From Candidatus Nanoarchaeia archaeon (lineage in GTDB: Archaea > Nanobdellota > Nanobdellia > SCGC-AAA011-G17 > JACPNG01), in contig JASLOB010000001.1 in NCBI GenBank assembly GCA_030745695.1, positions 936 to 64,935 on the forward strand: 64,000 nt of DNA, given 5' to 3'. How positions within the stretch are numbered: the stretch's first letter is position 1; the number at the start of each line of letters is the position of its first letter. The notes under the pieces were generated by a model that searched no databases, was not told the origin of the DNA, and worked only from the letters and a program-made list of their open reading frames with translations. Position numbers and translations under genes: made by a program. Shown piece by piece: positions 50,422 to 59,637 of this stretch.

Positions 50422-52218
50422 TTAATATTTAGATTTTAATTTTATTTTTGGATATATTCCTAAAGAAGTTAATTCATCTAATAATAATTTAAATGCATAA
50501 CTTACTTCAACATCATTAACCTCTCCACTTGATACTTTGTTGGATCTCCTTCTTCCTTGCTTATCCATGATACTCATATCTCCAGTTTCTTCATCTATAT
50601 GAATAACACTTTTATCAGAATCAAATCTTTCTTTTAATAATAAAGAAGCTCCATGTGCAACTAAACAATCTTTCTCCATCTCTCCTAATCTTAAACCTCC
50701 ACCTCTTGCTCTTCCTTCTATAGGTTGTCTTGTTAATAATTGAATTCTACCAGAAGCTCTTGAGTGTAATTTATTAGCTACCATATGTTTTAATTTTAGA
50801 TAATACATATTTCCTACAAATATTCTAGTTTGCATTTGCTCTCCAGTTAATGGATTGTACATAACTTCAGTTCCATCTTCTCTAAATCCTAATTCTAATA
50901 ACTCTTTTCTTAAATTTTCTTGAGGCTCTGCACTAAAACTTGTAGCATCTATATGTCTTCCAGATAATGAAGCTACTTTTCCTGCTAAAACTTCAATTAA
51001 ATGACTTATAGTCATTCTACTAGGAAGACTATGTGGACTAAATATTAAATCTGGTTTTATACCTGATGCTGTAAATGGTACATCTTCTTCTGGAATTATT
51101 GATCCAATGATTCCTTTTTGTCCATGACGAGAAGCAAATTTATCTCCTACTTCAGGAATTCTTTGGTCTCTTAATCTTACTCTTACTAATTTATTACCTT
51201 CTTCATTTTCTGTTATAGTAACCATATCTACTACCCCTCTTTCACCATGTCTTATTGAAGAAGAACTTTCCCTTCTAGTACTAGCTGCAATACTAAACTC
51301 TTCCATCTCTCCTAAAAATCTTGGTGGACTTGTTTTTCCTATAACTACATCATCTTCTTTTAGACTTGCTTCAGGATAAACAATGCCATCCTCTTCTAAA
51401 TATTTGTAATCTTCCTCACTCTTATAACCTTTAACTTCTTTATCTGGAACTGAGATCTCATCAACTAAACCTCCAGAGTATCTTAATTCTTCAACAGAAT
51501 ATGGTCTGAAGAAAGATGATCTTGCTAACCCTCTTTCTATAGACCCTCTATTTACAATAATACTATCAGACATATTATATCCTTTATAACTCATTATTGC
51601 TATTGTCACGTTTTGTCCAGCAGGATGTGTGTCATTTTTTGCTATGTCATGCATAAAAGATCTAACTAATGGAGCTTGAGGATAATGTAATAAATTAACA
51701 TCTGTATCCATTCTCATTAAATAATTAGAAGCATATAATCCAAGTCCTTGCTTTTGAGTTTTAGATCCTCTATTTAATCTAGAACTTTGACCAAAATTAG
51801 AATAAGGAACTAATGAAGTTGTTAATCCTAAAATAGAAATTGGACTAATCTCTATATGTGTATGTTCATTTACTAGATCTTCTTCATTTAAAGCAATATA
51901 TGTATTTTCTTCCTCAGCAGCATCTAAATATTCTATAATTCCTTGTTGTACTAGATCACTCCAAGATATCTCATTATTTTCTAATTGAGCTAAATGAAAG
52001 TCAGTTAGCTTACTTTTACCATCTTCAACAACAATTAAAGGTCTTCTTGATCTCCCATTAGAATAATCAATGTAGACTTCATCTACTTTTTCACTATAAA
52101 AAACATTAACTAGATTAGAAACTCTAGCTCTTCTTCTTTCTTCTTTAATTTTTTTAATAAAATTTTGAGGATTATCAACATTTCCAATAAATTTTTCATT
52201 CATATAAACATCTGTCAT
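50422..52218 (-). CDS. rpoB1: DNA-directed RNA polymerase subunit B' (C-terminal part of split B)
   Basis: The Rpb2 C-terminal motifs GDKFASRHGQKG and the Zn ribbon are present. Confidence 0.9.
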   Translation of the reverse strand: MTDVYMNEKFIGNVDNPQNFIKKIKEERRRARVSNLVNVFYSEKVDEVYIDYSNGRSRRPLIVVEDGKSKLTDFHLAQLENNEISWSDLVQQGIIEYLDAAEEENTYIALNEEDLVNEHTHIEISPISILGLTTSLVPYSNFGQSSRLNRGSKTQKQGLGLYASNYLMRMDTDVNLLHYPQAPLVRSFMHDIAKNDTHPAGQNVTIAIMSYKGYNMSDSIIVNRGSIERGLARSSFFRPYSVEELRYSGGLVDEISVPDKEVKGYKSEEDYKYLEEDGIVYPEASLKEDDVVIGKTSPPRFLGEMEEFSIAASTRRESSSSIRHGERGVVDMVTITENEEGNKLVRVRLRDQRIPEVGDKFASRHGQKGIIGSIIPEEDVPFTASGIKPDLIFSPHSLPSRMTISHLIEVLAGKVASLSGRHIDATSFSAEPQENLRKELLELGFREDGTEVMYNPLTGEQMQTRIFVGNMYYLKLKHMVANKLHSRASGRIQLLTRQPIEGRARGGGLRLGEMEKDCLVAHGASLLLKERFDSDKSVIHIDEETGDMSIMDKQGRRRSNKVSSGEVNDVEVSYAFKLLLDELTSLGIYPKIKLKSKY

Positions 52219-52219
52219 C

Positions 52220-53707
52220 TTATTTTACAGGATTTAATCCAGCCCCCTCTAATATTCTTCTTAATTTATCTTCTTGTACCTCTCCTTGTGTAATGCTACA
52301 TAATAATGCCATATTTTTTCTTAATCCAATTGAAGTTCCTTCTGGAGTTTCTATAGCACATAATCTTCCCCAATGTGTTGGATGTAAAGCTCTAGCTTCA
52401 AAATTCTCTTGTGTAGAACTTAATAATGAAACAACTCTTTGTAAATGAGATAAGGATGCCAAATAGTTTATTCTATCAATATTTTGACTTACTCCTTTTC
52501 TACCTCCAACCCAAGTTCCAGTAGCCATAGCACTTTGGATTCTAGAAGTTAATAATTTTTCTCTAATAACAATTTTTAGTGAAGTATATTTTCCTCTTTT
52601 TACTAATCTTTGAAAATTATATAAAATATCATTAATTAAAATTCTTAGATTAACTCTAAACAAATCAGAAATTAAATCTCCACTTAATTTTAATTTTTTA
52701 TTCATATAATGATCTTTATCATTTGGTTCAACTCCCTCTCTTGAAACCATTAAAAATCTCTTGATTAATTTACATAAAGTATAAGCTTTAAGGATTCTAT
52801 CTTTAGGAGAAGTTCCTAAATGAGGTAATAAATATTTATCTAAATTCTCTCTTGTTTTCTCTAATTTAATGTCTAAAGGTTGTGCTATCCCTATTTTTTT
52901 AGCAATAAATTCTAAAGCCTCTTCTTCTGTTCTTAATTCATTAGATTCATATAAATTAATGAATAAATCATCATATTCTTTTTCTTCTGAAATAAATCTT
53001 GCAATTTCTTGGTCTCTTATTAATCCTAAAGCTTTTATCACAGCAATAATTGGAATTCTTTTAAATCTTGTAAAAGATAAGTACATTAATCCATCTTTCA
53101 TTTGTTCTACTATATGGGGAATTCTATAAGGCCCTCTCTCAGAAAATAATTTAGCAGAATATTTACTTGGACCTACTTTATTTTTTTGTATCATAACTTT
53201 ATTAGATGCTAAATCCTCTACTGTTATCAAAACTCTTTCATTTCCATTTAAGACAAAATAACCACCAATATCATCTGGATCTTCGAAATTTTTAATTAAA
53301 TCTTCCCTCTTCATATTGTTTAAATGACAATATTTAGATTTGACCATTATTGGAAGTCTTCCAATCTCAACAGTAAAATTTTCTCTTTGTATCCCTTCTA
53401 TAATTGCCCCAACATCTAAGAATATTGAAGCAGAATAAGATAGTTGTCTAAGTCTAGACTCCATAGGATAAACATTTCTTTTAGATCCATCTGCCTCAAT
53501 AATTTGTGGCTTTGTTATCCATATTTTGTTAAATTTAATTTTAAAATCTTTTACTTCTTCAGGTGTTATTGTTGGGATAATTTCACCCATCTCATTAACA
53601 ATTTCTTGCATTTTATGATCTACAAAATTATTAAATGATTTTATATTTTCCTCTACAAAACTTCTCTCTTCAAAATATTTTTTGATTAGAATATCTTTTT
53701 TAAGCAT
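52220..53707 (-). CDS. rpoB2: DNA-directed RNA polymerase subunit B'' (N-terminal part of split B)
   Basis: Homologous to the Rpb2 N-terminal region. Confidence 0.9.
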   Translation of the reverse strand: MLKKDILIKKYFEERSFVEENIKSFNNFVDHKMQEIVNEMGEIIPTITPEEVKDFKIKFNKIWITKPQIIEADGSKRNVYPMESRLRQLSYSASIFLDVGAIIEGIQRENFTVEIGRLPIMVKSKYCHLNNMKREDLIKNFEDPDDIGGYFVLNGNERVLITVEDLASNKVMIQKNKVGPSKYSAKLFSERGPYRIPHIVEQMKDGLMYLSFTRFKRIPIIAVIKALGLIRDQEIARFISEEKEYDDLFINLYESNELRTEEEALEFIAKKIGIAQPLDIKLEKTRENLDKYLLPHLGTSPKDRILKAYTLCKLIKRFLMVSREGVEPNDKDHYMNKKLKLSGDLISDLFRVNLRILINDILYNFQRLVKRGKYTSLKIVIREKLLTSRIQSAMATGTWVGGRKGVSQNIDRINYLASLSHLQRVVSLLSSTQENFEARALHPTHWGRLCAIETPEGTSIGLRKNMALLCSITQGEVQEDKLRRILEGAGLNPVK

Positions 53708-53939
53708 CTACTACCACCCTATAAAATATTGCTTCTTTAGCAGATTTACTTTTTCTAACTATTTTTAATACAGCTCCTTTTTCAGCATTTAATGCTTTAA
53801 CAACAGGATCATTAGCAAAAATTCTAGGTAACTGTCTTATTGAAATATTAAATTGTTTCAATAAATCAGCTATCTCTTTTTTATTTAACACACTATGTTT
53901 TGGTACAAAGTTATGTTCTAATATGTTGAATTCTTCCAT
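53700..53939 (-). CDS. rpoH: DNA-directed RNA polymerase subunit H
   Basis: MEEFNILEHNFVPKH... The ATG at 53987 used by the track would overlap the tRNA; the internal Met is the likely start. Confidence 0.75.
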   Translation of the reverse strand: MEEFNILEHNFVPKHSVLNKKEIADLLKQFNISIRQLPRIFANDPVVKALNAEKGAVLKIVRKSKSAKEAIFYRVVVDA

Positions 53940-53952
53940 TTTTTTAATAAAT

Positions 53953-54086
53953 TGGGCCGGACGGGACATCCAACAGACTATTTTCATAGCCTAAATTTGA
54001 ACCCGCGACCACTTGCTTTCTTCTGGATTAAAAGGTTCACCAATTCTTGATTTCAAGTGCTCTAATCCAGGCTGAGCTACCGGCCC
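53953..54086 (-). tRNA. tRNA-Lys(TTT) precursor, best fit three introns (anticodon stem 30/31, canonical 37/38, T-loop)
   Basis: Assembling the mature sequence by hand gives gggccggtagctcagcctggattagagc-a-cttgc-cttttaa-gcaag-tggtc-gcggg-ttcaaat-cccgt-ccggccc-a, which matches the archaeal tRNA-Lys consensus. The proposed introns are 54053..54036, 54027..54017 and 53994..53966. Confidence 0.55.
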
Positions 54087-54089
54087 AAA

Positions 54090-54187
54090 CGCCCTGACCG
54101 GGATTCGAACCCGGGTTGTAGCCTCGACAGGGCATCACGGTATATGATTAAATATACTTACGTGCTAGGCCACTACACTATCAGGGC
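54090..54187 (-). tRNA. tRNA-Asp(GTC) precursor with a 25-nt intron in the 5' strand of the anticodon stem (between positions 28/29)
   Basis: Removing 54158..54134 gives a perfect cloverleaf with anticodon arm tagcc-ctGTCga-ggcta and T-loop ttcgaat. The gene is 3 nt from tRNA-Lys. Confidence 0.55.
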
Positions 54188-54495
54188 CTCATTTTTTATG
54201 GATAATTGTGAATATAGTTTAGTAATGATAGTATAAAAAGTAAGAAAAATATCTCTGAAATCAAAGTTAGTCATTTTTTGATTAGGGTGTCTATTTTTTT
54301 TATGAATCAAATCAGTCAATCTAAGTCTATTTTGTATCAATAAAAATATCTCAATAGTTATCAAACTTAGAATGATTATCAAACATTAAGCTTCTTAGAA
54401 AATATCGGTTTATAAAGCTTGTGGTTATTTTGATTAATCTAAAAAAAATAAAAATGAAGTTATTCTAGAAAAAAATAAGAGAATAAAGAATAAAA

Positions 54496-54642
54496 TTAAT
54501 ATCCTTTCTTCTTTTTATAACATTCCTTACAAAAAACAGGCTTTCCTTCTGTAGGCTTGAATGGAACTTCACATTCTTGATTACATTCAGAACAAGTTGC
54601 TTTATGCATCTCTCTTGGGCCAAAATTATTGAATCCTTGCAT
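54496..54642 (-). CDS. small zinc-ribbon protein (48 aa; CxxC...CxxC; not in the ORF track)
   Basis: MQGFNNFGPREMHKATCSECNQECEVPFKPTEGKPVFCKECYKKKKGY. Confidence 0.4.
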   Translation of the reverse strand: MQGFNNFGPREMHKATCSECNQECEVPFKPTEGKPVFCKECYKKKKGY

Positions 54643-54822
54643 TTTATCCTCCACATATATACGATAAAAATAAAGAAAACTTTTACTCCTTATCTATTAT
54701 CTTAACTAAAAAAGATTTGAGGTTTTATAAATCTATTCATTTTAAATAGTTAAGATAAAAAGGTTTAAATAGGATAATTTGAGCATTCACTATACAAATA
54801 TATAATAAAAATCTTCTAGAAA

Positions 54823-55950
54823 ATGACTAAAAGAGATTATTACGAAATACTTGGAATAAACAAAAATGCATCTAAGGATGAGATTAAAAAAACATATAAA
54901 AAATTAGCTTTAAAATATCATCCTGATAGAAATAAAGAGAAAGGTGCAGAAGAAAAGTTTAAAGAGATTAGTGAAGCTTATGCTGTTTTAAGTGATGATA
55001 CAAAAAAACAACAGTATGATACTTATGGACATGCAGGATTTGATCAAAGGTATTCTCAAGAAGATATTTTTAGAGGTGCTGATTTTGGTAGTGTATTTGA
55101 AGACTTGTTTGGAGAGAGTTCTAATATTTTTGATATGTTTTTTGGTGGAAATTTTAATAGAGGAAGAAGACAAAGAAGAGGAAATGATCTACAATATAAT
55201 TTAACCATTGATTTTGAAGAAGCTGCTTTTGGAATAGATAAAGAAGTAACAATAAACAAAGATATTGAATGTAGTAAATGTCAAGGATCTGGAGCAGAAC
55301 ATGGTGAATTAGAACAATGTAGTACTTGTCAAGGTTCTGGAATGCAAAAAAGAACCCAAAGAACTCCATTTGGGATGTTTCAGACTACCACAACATGTGG
55401 AAATTGTAATGGTGAAGGGGAAGTATCTAAAAAAGTATGTTTAAATTGCAATGGGAATGGTGTTGAAAAAAAATCTAAAAAAATTAAAATAAAAATTCCT
55501 AAAGGTATAGATAATGGGCAATTTTTAAGAATAAGAGGAGAAGGTCAAGATATTAAAAATGGAAGTTCTGGAGATTTAATAGTTGTTGTTAATGTTAAAG
55601 CTCATAAATATTTTACAAGAGATGAAAATAATATTCATTTAGATTTTCCAATTAGCTTTTCTCAAGCTGCTTTAGGTGATGAAGTTAAAGTCCCTACATT
55701 AGAAAAAGAAGTAAAAATGAAAATTCCTTCAGGAACACAAAGTCATACATTATTTAGATTAAAAGGAAAAGGAATAGAAGATGTTAATGGATATGGAAAA
55801 GGGGATGAATTTGTTAGGGTTATTGTTAAGACTCCTTCTAAAACTAATAAAAAACAAAAAGAATTGTTTGATTCATTAGCAAAAGAGAATAAAGAAAAAT
55901 TGAAGATAGAAAAAGGTTTTCTTGATAAAGTTAAAGATGTGTTTGGTTAA
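54823..55950 (+). CDS. dnaJ: chaperone DnaJ (Hsp40)
   Basis: A J-domain with HPD, a G/F-rich region, and four CxxCxGxG zinc repeats are present. Confidence 0.9.
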   Translation: MTKRDYYEILGINKNASKDEIKKTYKKLALKYHPDRNKEKGAEEKFKEISEAYAVLSDDTKKQQYDTYGHAGFDQRYSQEDIFRGADFGSVFEDLFGESSNIFDMFFGGNFNRGRRQRRGNDLQYNLTIDFEEAAFGIDKEVTINKDIECSKCQGSGAEHGELEQCSTCQGSGMQKRTQRTPFGMFQTTTTCGNCNGEGEVSKKVCLNCNGNGVEKKSKKIKIKIPKGIDNGQFLRIRGEGQDIKNGSSGDLIVVVNVKAHKYFTRDENNIHLDFPISFSQAALGDEVKVPTLEKEVKMKIPSGTQSHTLFRLKGKGIEDVNGYGKGDEFVRVIVKTPSKTNKKQKELFDSLAKENKEKLKIEKGFLDKVKDVFG

Positions 55951-56234
55951 TCTACAGTAAATAAAGAATTGTCATTAACATTAAACAGTCCTAAACGAGC
56001 ACCAGCATCTAACCAACCATGAGCATAGTTTAAGGCTGCAAATGCTGTTACAATATCATTTTTTTCTTGAAAATGTTTAGCATCTTCTACATAACGAGTA
56101 ATCATATCAATAAAATCATCATAAGCTTCATCTTCATTAACAGAAAATGAACCTTTATTGTTTTTAGCTTGTTCTAAAGCTTTTTTTGTAATGTTAAAAT
56201 ATTTGTTAAGTTTTTCAGAAGTAATTTTATCCAT
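55947..56234 (-). CDS. hypothetical protein (DUF357-like, 95 aa)
   Basis: ORF only; a weak family resemblance. Confidence 0.35.
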   Translation of the reverse strand: MDKITSEKLNKYFNITKKALEQAKNNKGSFSVNEDEAYDDFIDMITRYVEDAKHFQEKNDIVTAFAALNYAHGWLDAGARLGLFNVNDNSLFTVD

Positions 56235-56235
56235 T

Positions 56236-56337
56236 TTAAGATCTTCTACGTTTTCTCTTCTCTTTTTTCATCCTCTTTCTTTGCCACTTCCATCTCATTT
56301 GACCTTTTTTCTTCCAACGTCTTGAACTTCTTTTCAT
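56236..56337 (-). CDS. very basic 33-aa peptide, possibly ribosomal protein L41e-like (not in the ORF track)
   Basis: MKRSSRRWKKKGQMRWKWQRKRMKKEKRKRRRS. Its stop is 1 nt from the next gene's start. Confidence 0.3.
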   Translation of the reverse strand: MKRSSRRWKKKGQMRWKWQRKRMKKEKRKRRRS

Positions 56338-56405
56338 TTTTTATAAGAATTAAAAACTTGATTTATAAGTTTTTTGATTATTACAAATTTTATTATAATA
56401 AAGTT

Positions 56406-56480
56406 TGCTCCTGCCGGGATTTGAACCCGGGTCTCAGGCTCGAAAGGCCCGCGTCATTGGCCGGGCTAGACTACAGGAGC
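56406..56480 (-). tRNA. tRNA-Glu(TTC)
   Basis: Hand fold: acceptor gctcctg/caggagc, anticodon arm cgggc-ctTTCga-gcctg, T-loop ttcaaat. Confidence 0.75.
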
Positions 56481-56486
56481 ATACTC

Positions 56487-56581
56487 TGGGCCTAGACGGA
56501 TTTGAACCGTCGACCTCTGGCTGACCTAAGCCAAAGTGGCCATATAAGACCAGCGCTCTAACCAAGCTGAGCTATAGGCCC
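56487..56581 (-). tRNA. tRNA-Ile(TAT) precursor with a 20-nt intron at the canonical 37/38 position
   Basis: Ile-type body gggcctatagctcagcttggttagagcg, anticodon stem ctggt/gccag, loop cttata|a after removing 56542..56523. Confidence 0.55.
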
Positions 56582-56670
56582 ACACTTCAAAAATGGATTA
56601 GTTAACTTTTAAATGTTTCTTATATGTTGTCCATAGCAAAATTTATAACATACTTCTTTAGATTAATCTC

Positions 56671-57861
56671 ATGTTAATAGGATTAGTAGGTAAGCCAAGT
56701 TCAGGAAAATCAACTTTCTTTAAAGCAGCCACATTAGCAGAAGTTGAGATAGCTAATTATCCATTCACAACAATAAAACCTAATGAAGGAATGGGTTATA
56801 TTAAAGTTGAGGATGTTGCTAATGAATTTAATAAAAAAAGTAATCCTAGAGAAGGTTATTGTTTAGATAAATTTAGATTTGTTCCTATCAAATTAATTGA
56901 TGTTGCTGGATTAGTTCCAGGAGCTTATGAAGGAAAAGGAAAAGGTAATCAATTTCTTAGTGATTTAAATCAAGCTGATGTGTTAATACATGTCATTGAT
57001 GTGTCTGGATCAATAGATGAAAACGGAAATTCTGTAGCACCATTAAGTTATGATCCATCAAAAGATATAGAATTTTTAGAGATTGAATTAGATATGTGGT
57101 ATTTTGGGGTGTTAAAAAAAGGGTGGGGTAAATTTACTAGAACATTAAAACAAGAGAATCAAGATATTAAGAAAGCATTAGCAAAACAATTATCTGGATT
57201 AAATGCAAATGAAGAAATTGTTCAAGAATCTATTAAAAAATTAAAATTAGATCGCCATCCAATTGAATGGAATGATGATGAATTAAAAAGTTTGGCTAGA
57301 GATCTTAGAATAAAAACTAAACCTATGATAATTGCAGCTAATAAAATAGATATTCAAGGTGCAAAATTAAACTTTCATAAACTCCAAGAAAAATTCAAAG
57401 ATTATTTAATAATTCCTTGTAGTGGAGACTCTGAATTAGCTTTGAAAGAAGCTGCAAAACATGATTTAATTGAATATATCCCTGGAGAAAATAATTTTAA
57501 TGTTAAAGGAACATTAAATGAAAAACAAAAAAATGCTTTAGAGTTTATAAAAAAAAATGTATTAAATGAATTTGGAAGTAGTGGAATTCAAAATATTTTA
57601 GATAAAGCTGTTTTTGAATTATTAGATTATATTGCATTATTTCCAGGAGGAGTAAATAAATTAGAAGATTCTGAAGGTAATGTACTTCCTGATTGTTTTT
57701 TAATGAAAAATGGTTCAACTGCATTAGATTTTGCTTATAGATTACATACTGACTTTGGTAAAAATTTTATAAAAGCTATAGATGTTAGAACAAAAATGAC
57801 TGTTGGAAAGGATCATAAATTAAAACATAAAGATATTATTGAGTTAGCAGTTAGAAAATAA
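56671..57861 (+). CDS. Obg-family GTPase with C-terminal TGS domain (YchF/OLA1/Drg-like)
   Basis: G1 GLVGKPSSGKST and NYPFTT are present; length is about 396 aa. Confidence 0.7.
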   Translation: MLIGLVGKPSSGKSTFFKAATLAEVEIANYPFTTIKPNEGMGYIKVEDVANEFNKKSNPREGYCLDKFRFVPIKLIDVAGLVPGAYEGKGKGNQFLSDLNQADVLIHVIDVSGSIDENGNSVAPLSYDPSKDIEFLEIELDMWYFGVLKKGWGKFTRTLKQENQDIKKALAKQLSGLNANEEIVQESIKKLKLDRHPIEWNDDELKSLARDLRIKTKPMIIAANKIDIQGAKLNFHKLQEKFKDYLIIPCSGDSELALKEAAKHDLIEYIPGENNFNVKGTLNEKQKNALEFIKKNVLNEFGSSGIQNILDKAVFELLDYIALFPGGVNKLEDSEGNVLPDCFLMKNGSTALDFAYRLHTDFGKNFIKAIDVRTKMTVGKDHKLKHKDIIELAVRK

Positions 57862-57937
57862 GATCATCTCTTTATTATTTTAGTATTATCAGTTATAATA
57901 AAGAAATCTATTTATACTTCTAGACTAATATAAATAT

Positions 57938-58252
57938 ATGGAAAATATAACTTATGTTGGATTAAAAAAATTAGATGAAGATGAAATTGAAGTAATCAAT
58001 AAACTAACAGAAAGATTTTATCCAAAGATTAATAGAGAATTTGATAGTGTAAATTTAACTGTTGATGTTAAAAAATATGATCCAACTGGAAAAAGAGGAA
58101 AATATTCTATACATTTAAGAATTGACCATCCCAATATCAAGAATATACTATCAGCTAAAGAGTTTGATTGGGATCTAGCTACTTCTTTACATAAGACATT
58201 TGATAATTTGATGAGTGAGATAGAACATAAATTCAAAGACAACAAACCTTAA
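57938..58252 (+). CDS. ribosome hibernation factor HPF/RaiA (S30EA)-like protein
   Basis: The beta-alpha-beta-beta-beta-alpha pattern and the C-terminal helix DWDLATSLHKTFDNLMSEIEHKFK resemble bacterial HPF. Confidence 0.45.
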   Translation: MENITYVGLKKLDEDEIEVINKLTERFYPKINREFDSVNLTVDVKKYDPTGKRGKYSIHLRIDHPNIKNILSAKEFDWDLATSLHKTFDNLMSEIEHKFKDNKP

Positions 58253-58291
58253 TATTATATATTTATAAAGTCTATTTTCTATAAAAAAATA

Positions 58292-59275
58292 ATGAAAGAA
58301 TTAATTTGTTTAGGGATAGAAGGAACAGCCCACACATTTGGTGCTTCTATAATTACATCTAAAGGAGATATATTAAGTGATGTTAGAGATATGTACACTA
58401 CAAAAAAAGGTGGAATTATCCCTCAAGATGCAGCAAAACATCATAAAGAGATATCAAATAGTGTAATAGAAAAATCTTTGAAAGAAGCTAATAAAAATTT
58501 TGATGATATAAATTTAATAAGTTTTAGTAGGGCTCCAGGATTAGCACCATGTTTATTAGCTACAAAAGATGTAGCTATAAGATTAGCTAAAGAACATAAA
58601 AAAGATTTAATTGGAGTTAATCATGCTATAGCTCATTTAACATCTGGATTGTTGTTTACAGAAGCAAAAGATCCAATTTATATTTATGTTTCTGGAGCTA
58701 ACACTCAAATTCTAGCTTTGATTGATAAAAGATTTAGAATTTTAGGAGAAACTTTAGATATTGGATTAGGAAATGCTTTAGATAAATTTGGAAGAGGTAT
58801 AGAGTTAGGATTTCCAGCTGGTCCAAAAATTGAAGAACTAGCTAAAGATGGAGAATATGTTGAATTACCTTATACAGTTAAAGGGATGGATCTAACTTTT
58901 TCTGGAATTGTTACAGAAGCTACAAATAAATTTAGGAAAGATTATAAAAAAGAAGATTTATGTTTTTCAGTTCAAGAAACTTTATTCTCAATGTTAACAG
59001 AAGTTGTAGAGAGAGCATTAGCTTTTACAGAAAAGAAAGAAGCTCTATTGATTGGTGGAGTAGCAGCTAATAAAAGATTAGTTGAGATGTTAAATATTAT
59101 GTGTAAAGAAAGAGGTGCTAAATTTTATAATGTTCCTTTGAGATATAGTGGAGATCAAGCTGTGATGATTGCTTGGCAGGGGATTTTAGAATATAACTCT
59201 GGGAAAAAAGATAGTTTAAATATAGATATAGATGATTCTCAAAGAACAGACCAAGTAGAGGTAATATGGAACTAA
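58292..59275 (+). CDS. kae1: KEOPS catalytic subunit Kae1 (tRNA t6A synthesis, TsaD/Kae1 family)
   Basis: LGIEGTAHTFGASI at the N-terminus and an ASKHA fold length. Confidence 0.8.
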   Translation: MKELICLGIEGTAHTFGASIITSKGDILSDVRDMYTTKKGGIIPQDAAKHHKEISNSVIEKSLKEANKNFDDINLISFSRAPGLAPCLLATKDVAIRLAKEHKKDLIGVNHAIAHLTSGLLFTEAKDPIYIYVSGANTQILALIDKRFRILGETLDIGLGNALDKFGRGIELGFPAGPKIEELAKDGEYVELPYTVKGMDLTFSGIVTEATNKFRKDYKKEDLCFSVQETLFSMLTEVVERALAFTEKKEALLIGGVAANKRLVEMLNIMCKERGAKFYNVPLRYSGDQAVMIAWQGILEYNSGKKDSLNIDIDDSQRTDQVEVIWN

Positions 59276-59637
59276 AAGATATTTTAGAAAGTTTGAGAAA
59301 AATTGAAGGATTAAACCATATTAATCTACTTAATCAAGAAGATAAAGATGTTATAATAAACTTAGAAGAAGAATATAATTTAGGAGTAAGTGAATGTATT
59401 GAAAGAGATCATGTTGTTGTTGTAACACACAACTCTAATTTTAGAGAACCAGAAAGAGATATTGTGATAAATAAAGAAAAACAAACAGTGTTTCCTGCTT
59501 TAGATTTTCCTGAAGTTAAAGCAAAAGAAGTTGTGTCTAGTTCTCCAGGAATTAATGTTCATAATTATTTAAGAAAAAGATTTGATATGAAAATAAATGG
59601 TCATCATGCTACTTTACTAATTGGATTTAATCTTTAA
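59266..59637 (+). CDS. hypothetical protein (123 aa)
   Basis: ORF overlapping the kae1 stop; not Bud32-like. Confidence 0.35.
   Translation: MELKDILESLRKIEGLNHINLLNQEDKDVIINLEEEYNLGVSECIERDHVVVVTHNSNFREPERDIVINKEKQTVFPALDFPEVKAKEVVSSSPGINVHNYLRKRFDMKINGHHATLLIGFNL

Noticed and set aside
49393-53638. Antisense ORFs inside rpoA1 and rpoB2 (49393..49599, 49819..50196, 52869..53129, 53444..53638)
   Set aside because: They are embedded in highly conserved RNAP genes on the opposite strand, with no motifs.
53700-53987. ORF-track start of rpoH at 53987
   Set aside because: The 16-codon N-terminal extension would overlap the tRNA-Lys 3' end. The conserved RpoH begins at the internal MEEFNILEH (53939).
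54188-54495. Possible SRP (7S) RNA or other structured RNA in the long AT-rich spacer after the tRNA pair
   Set aside because: The region is over 80% AT with no GC-rich helices or Alu/S-domain motifs, so it is most likely a promoter or spacer.
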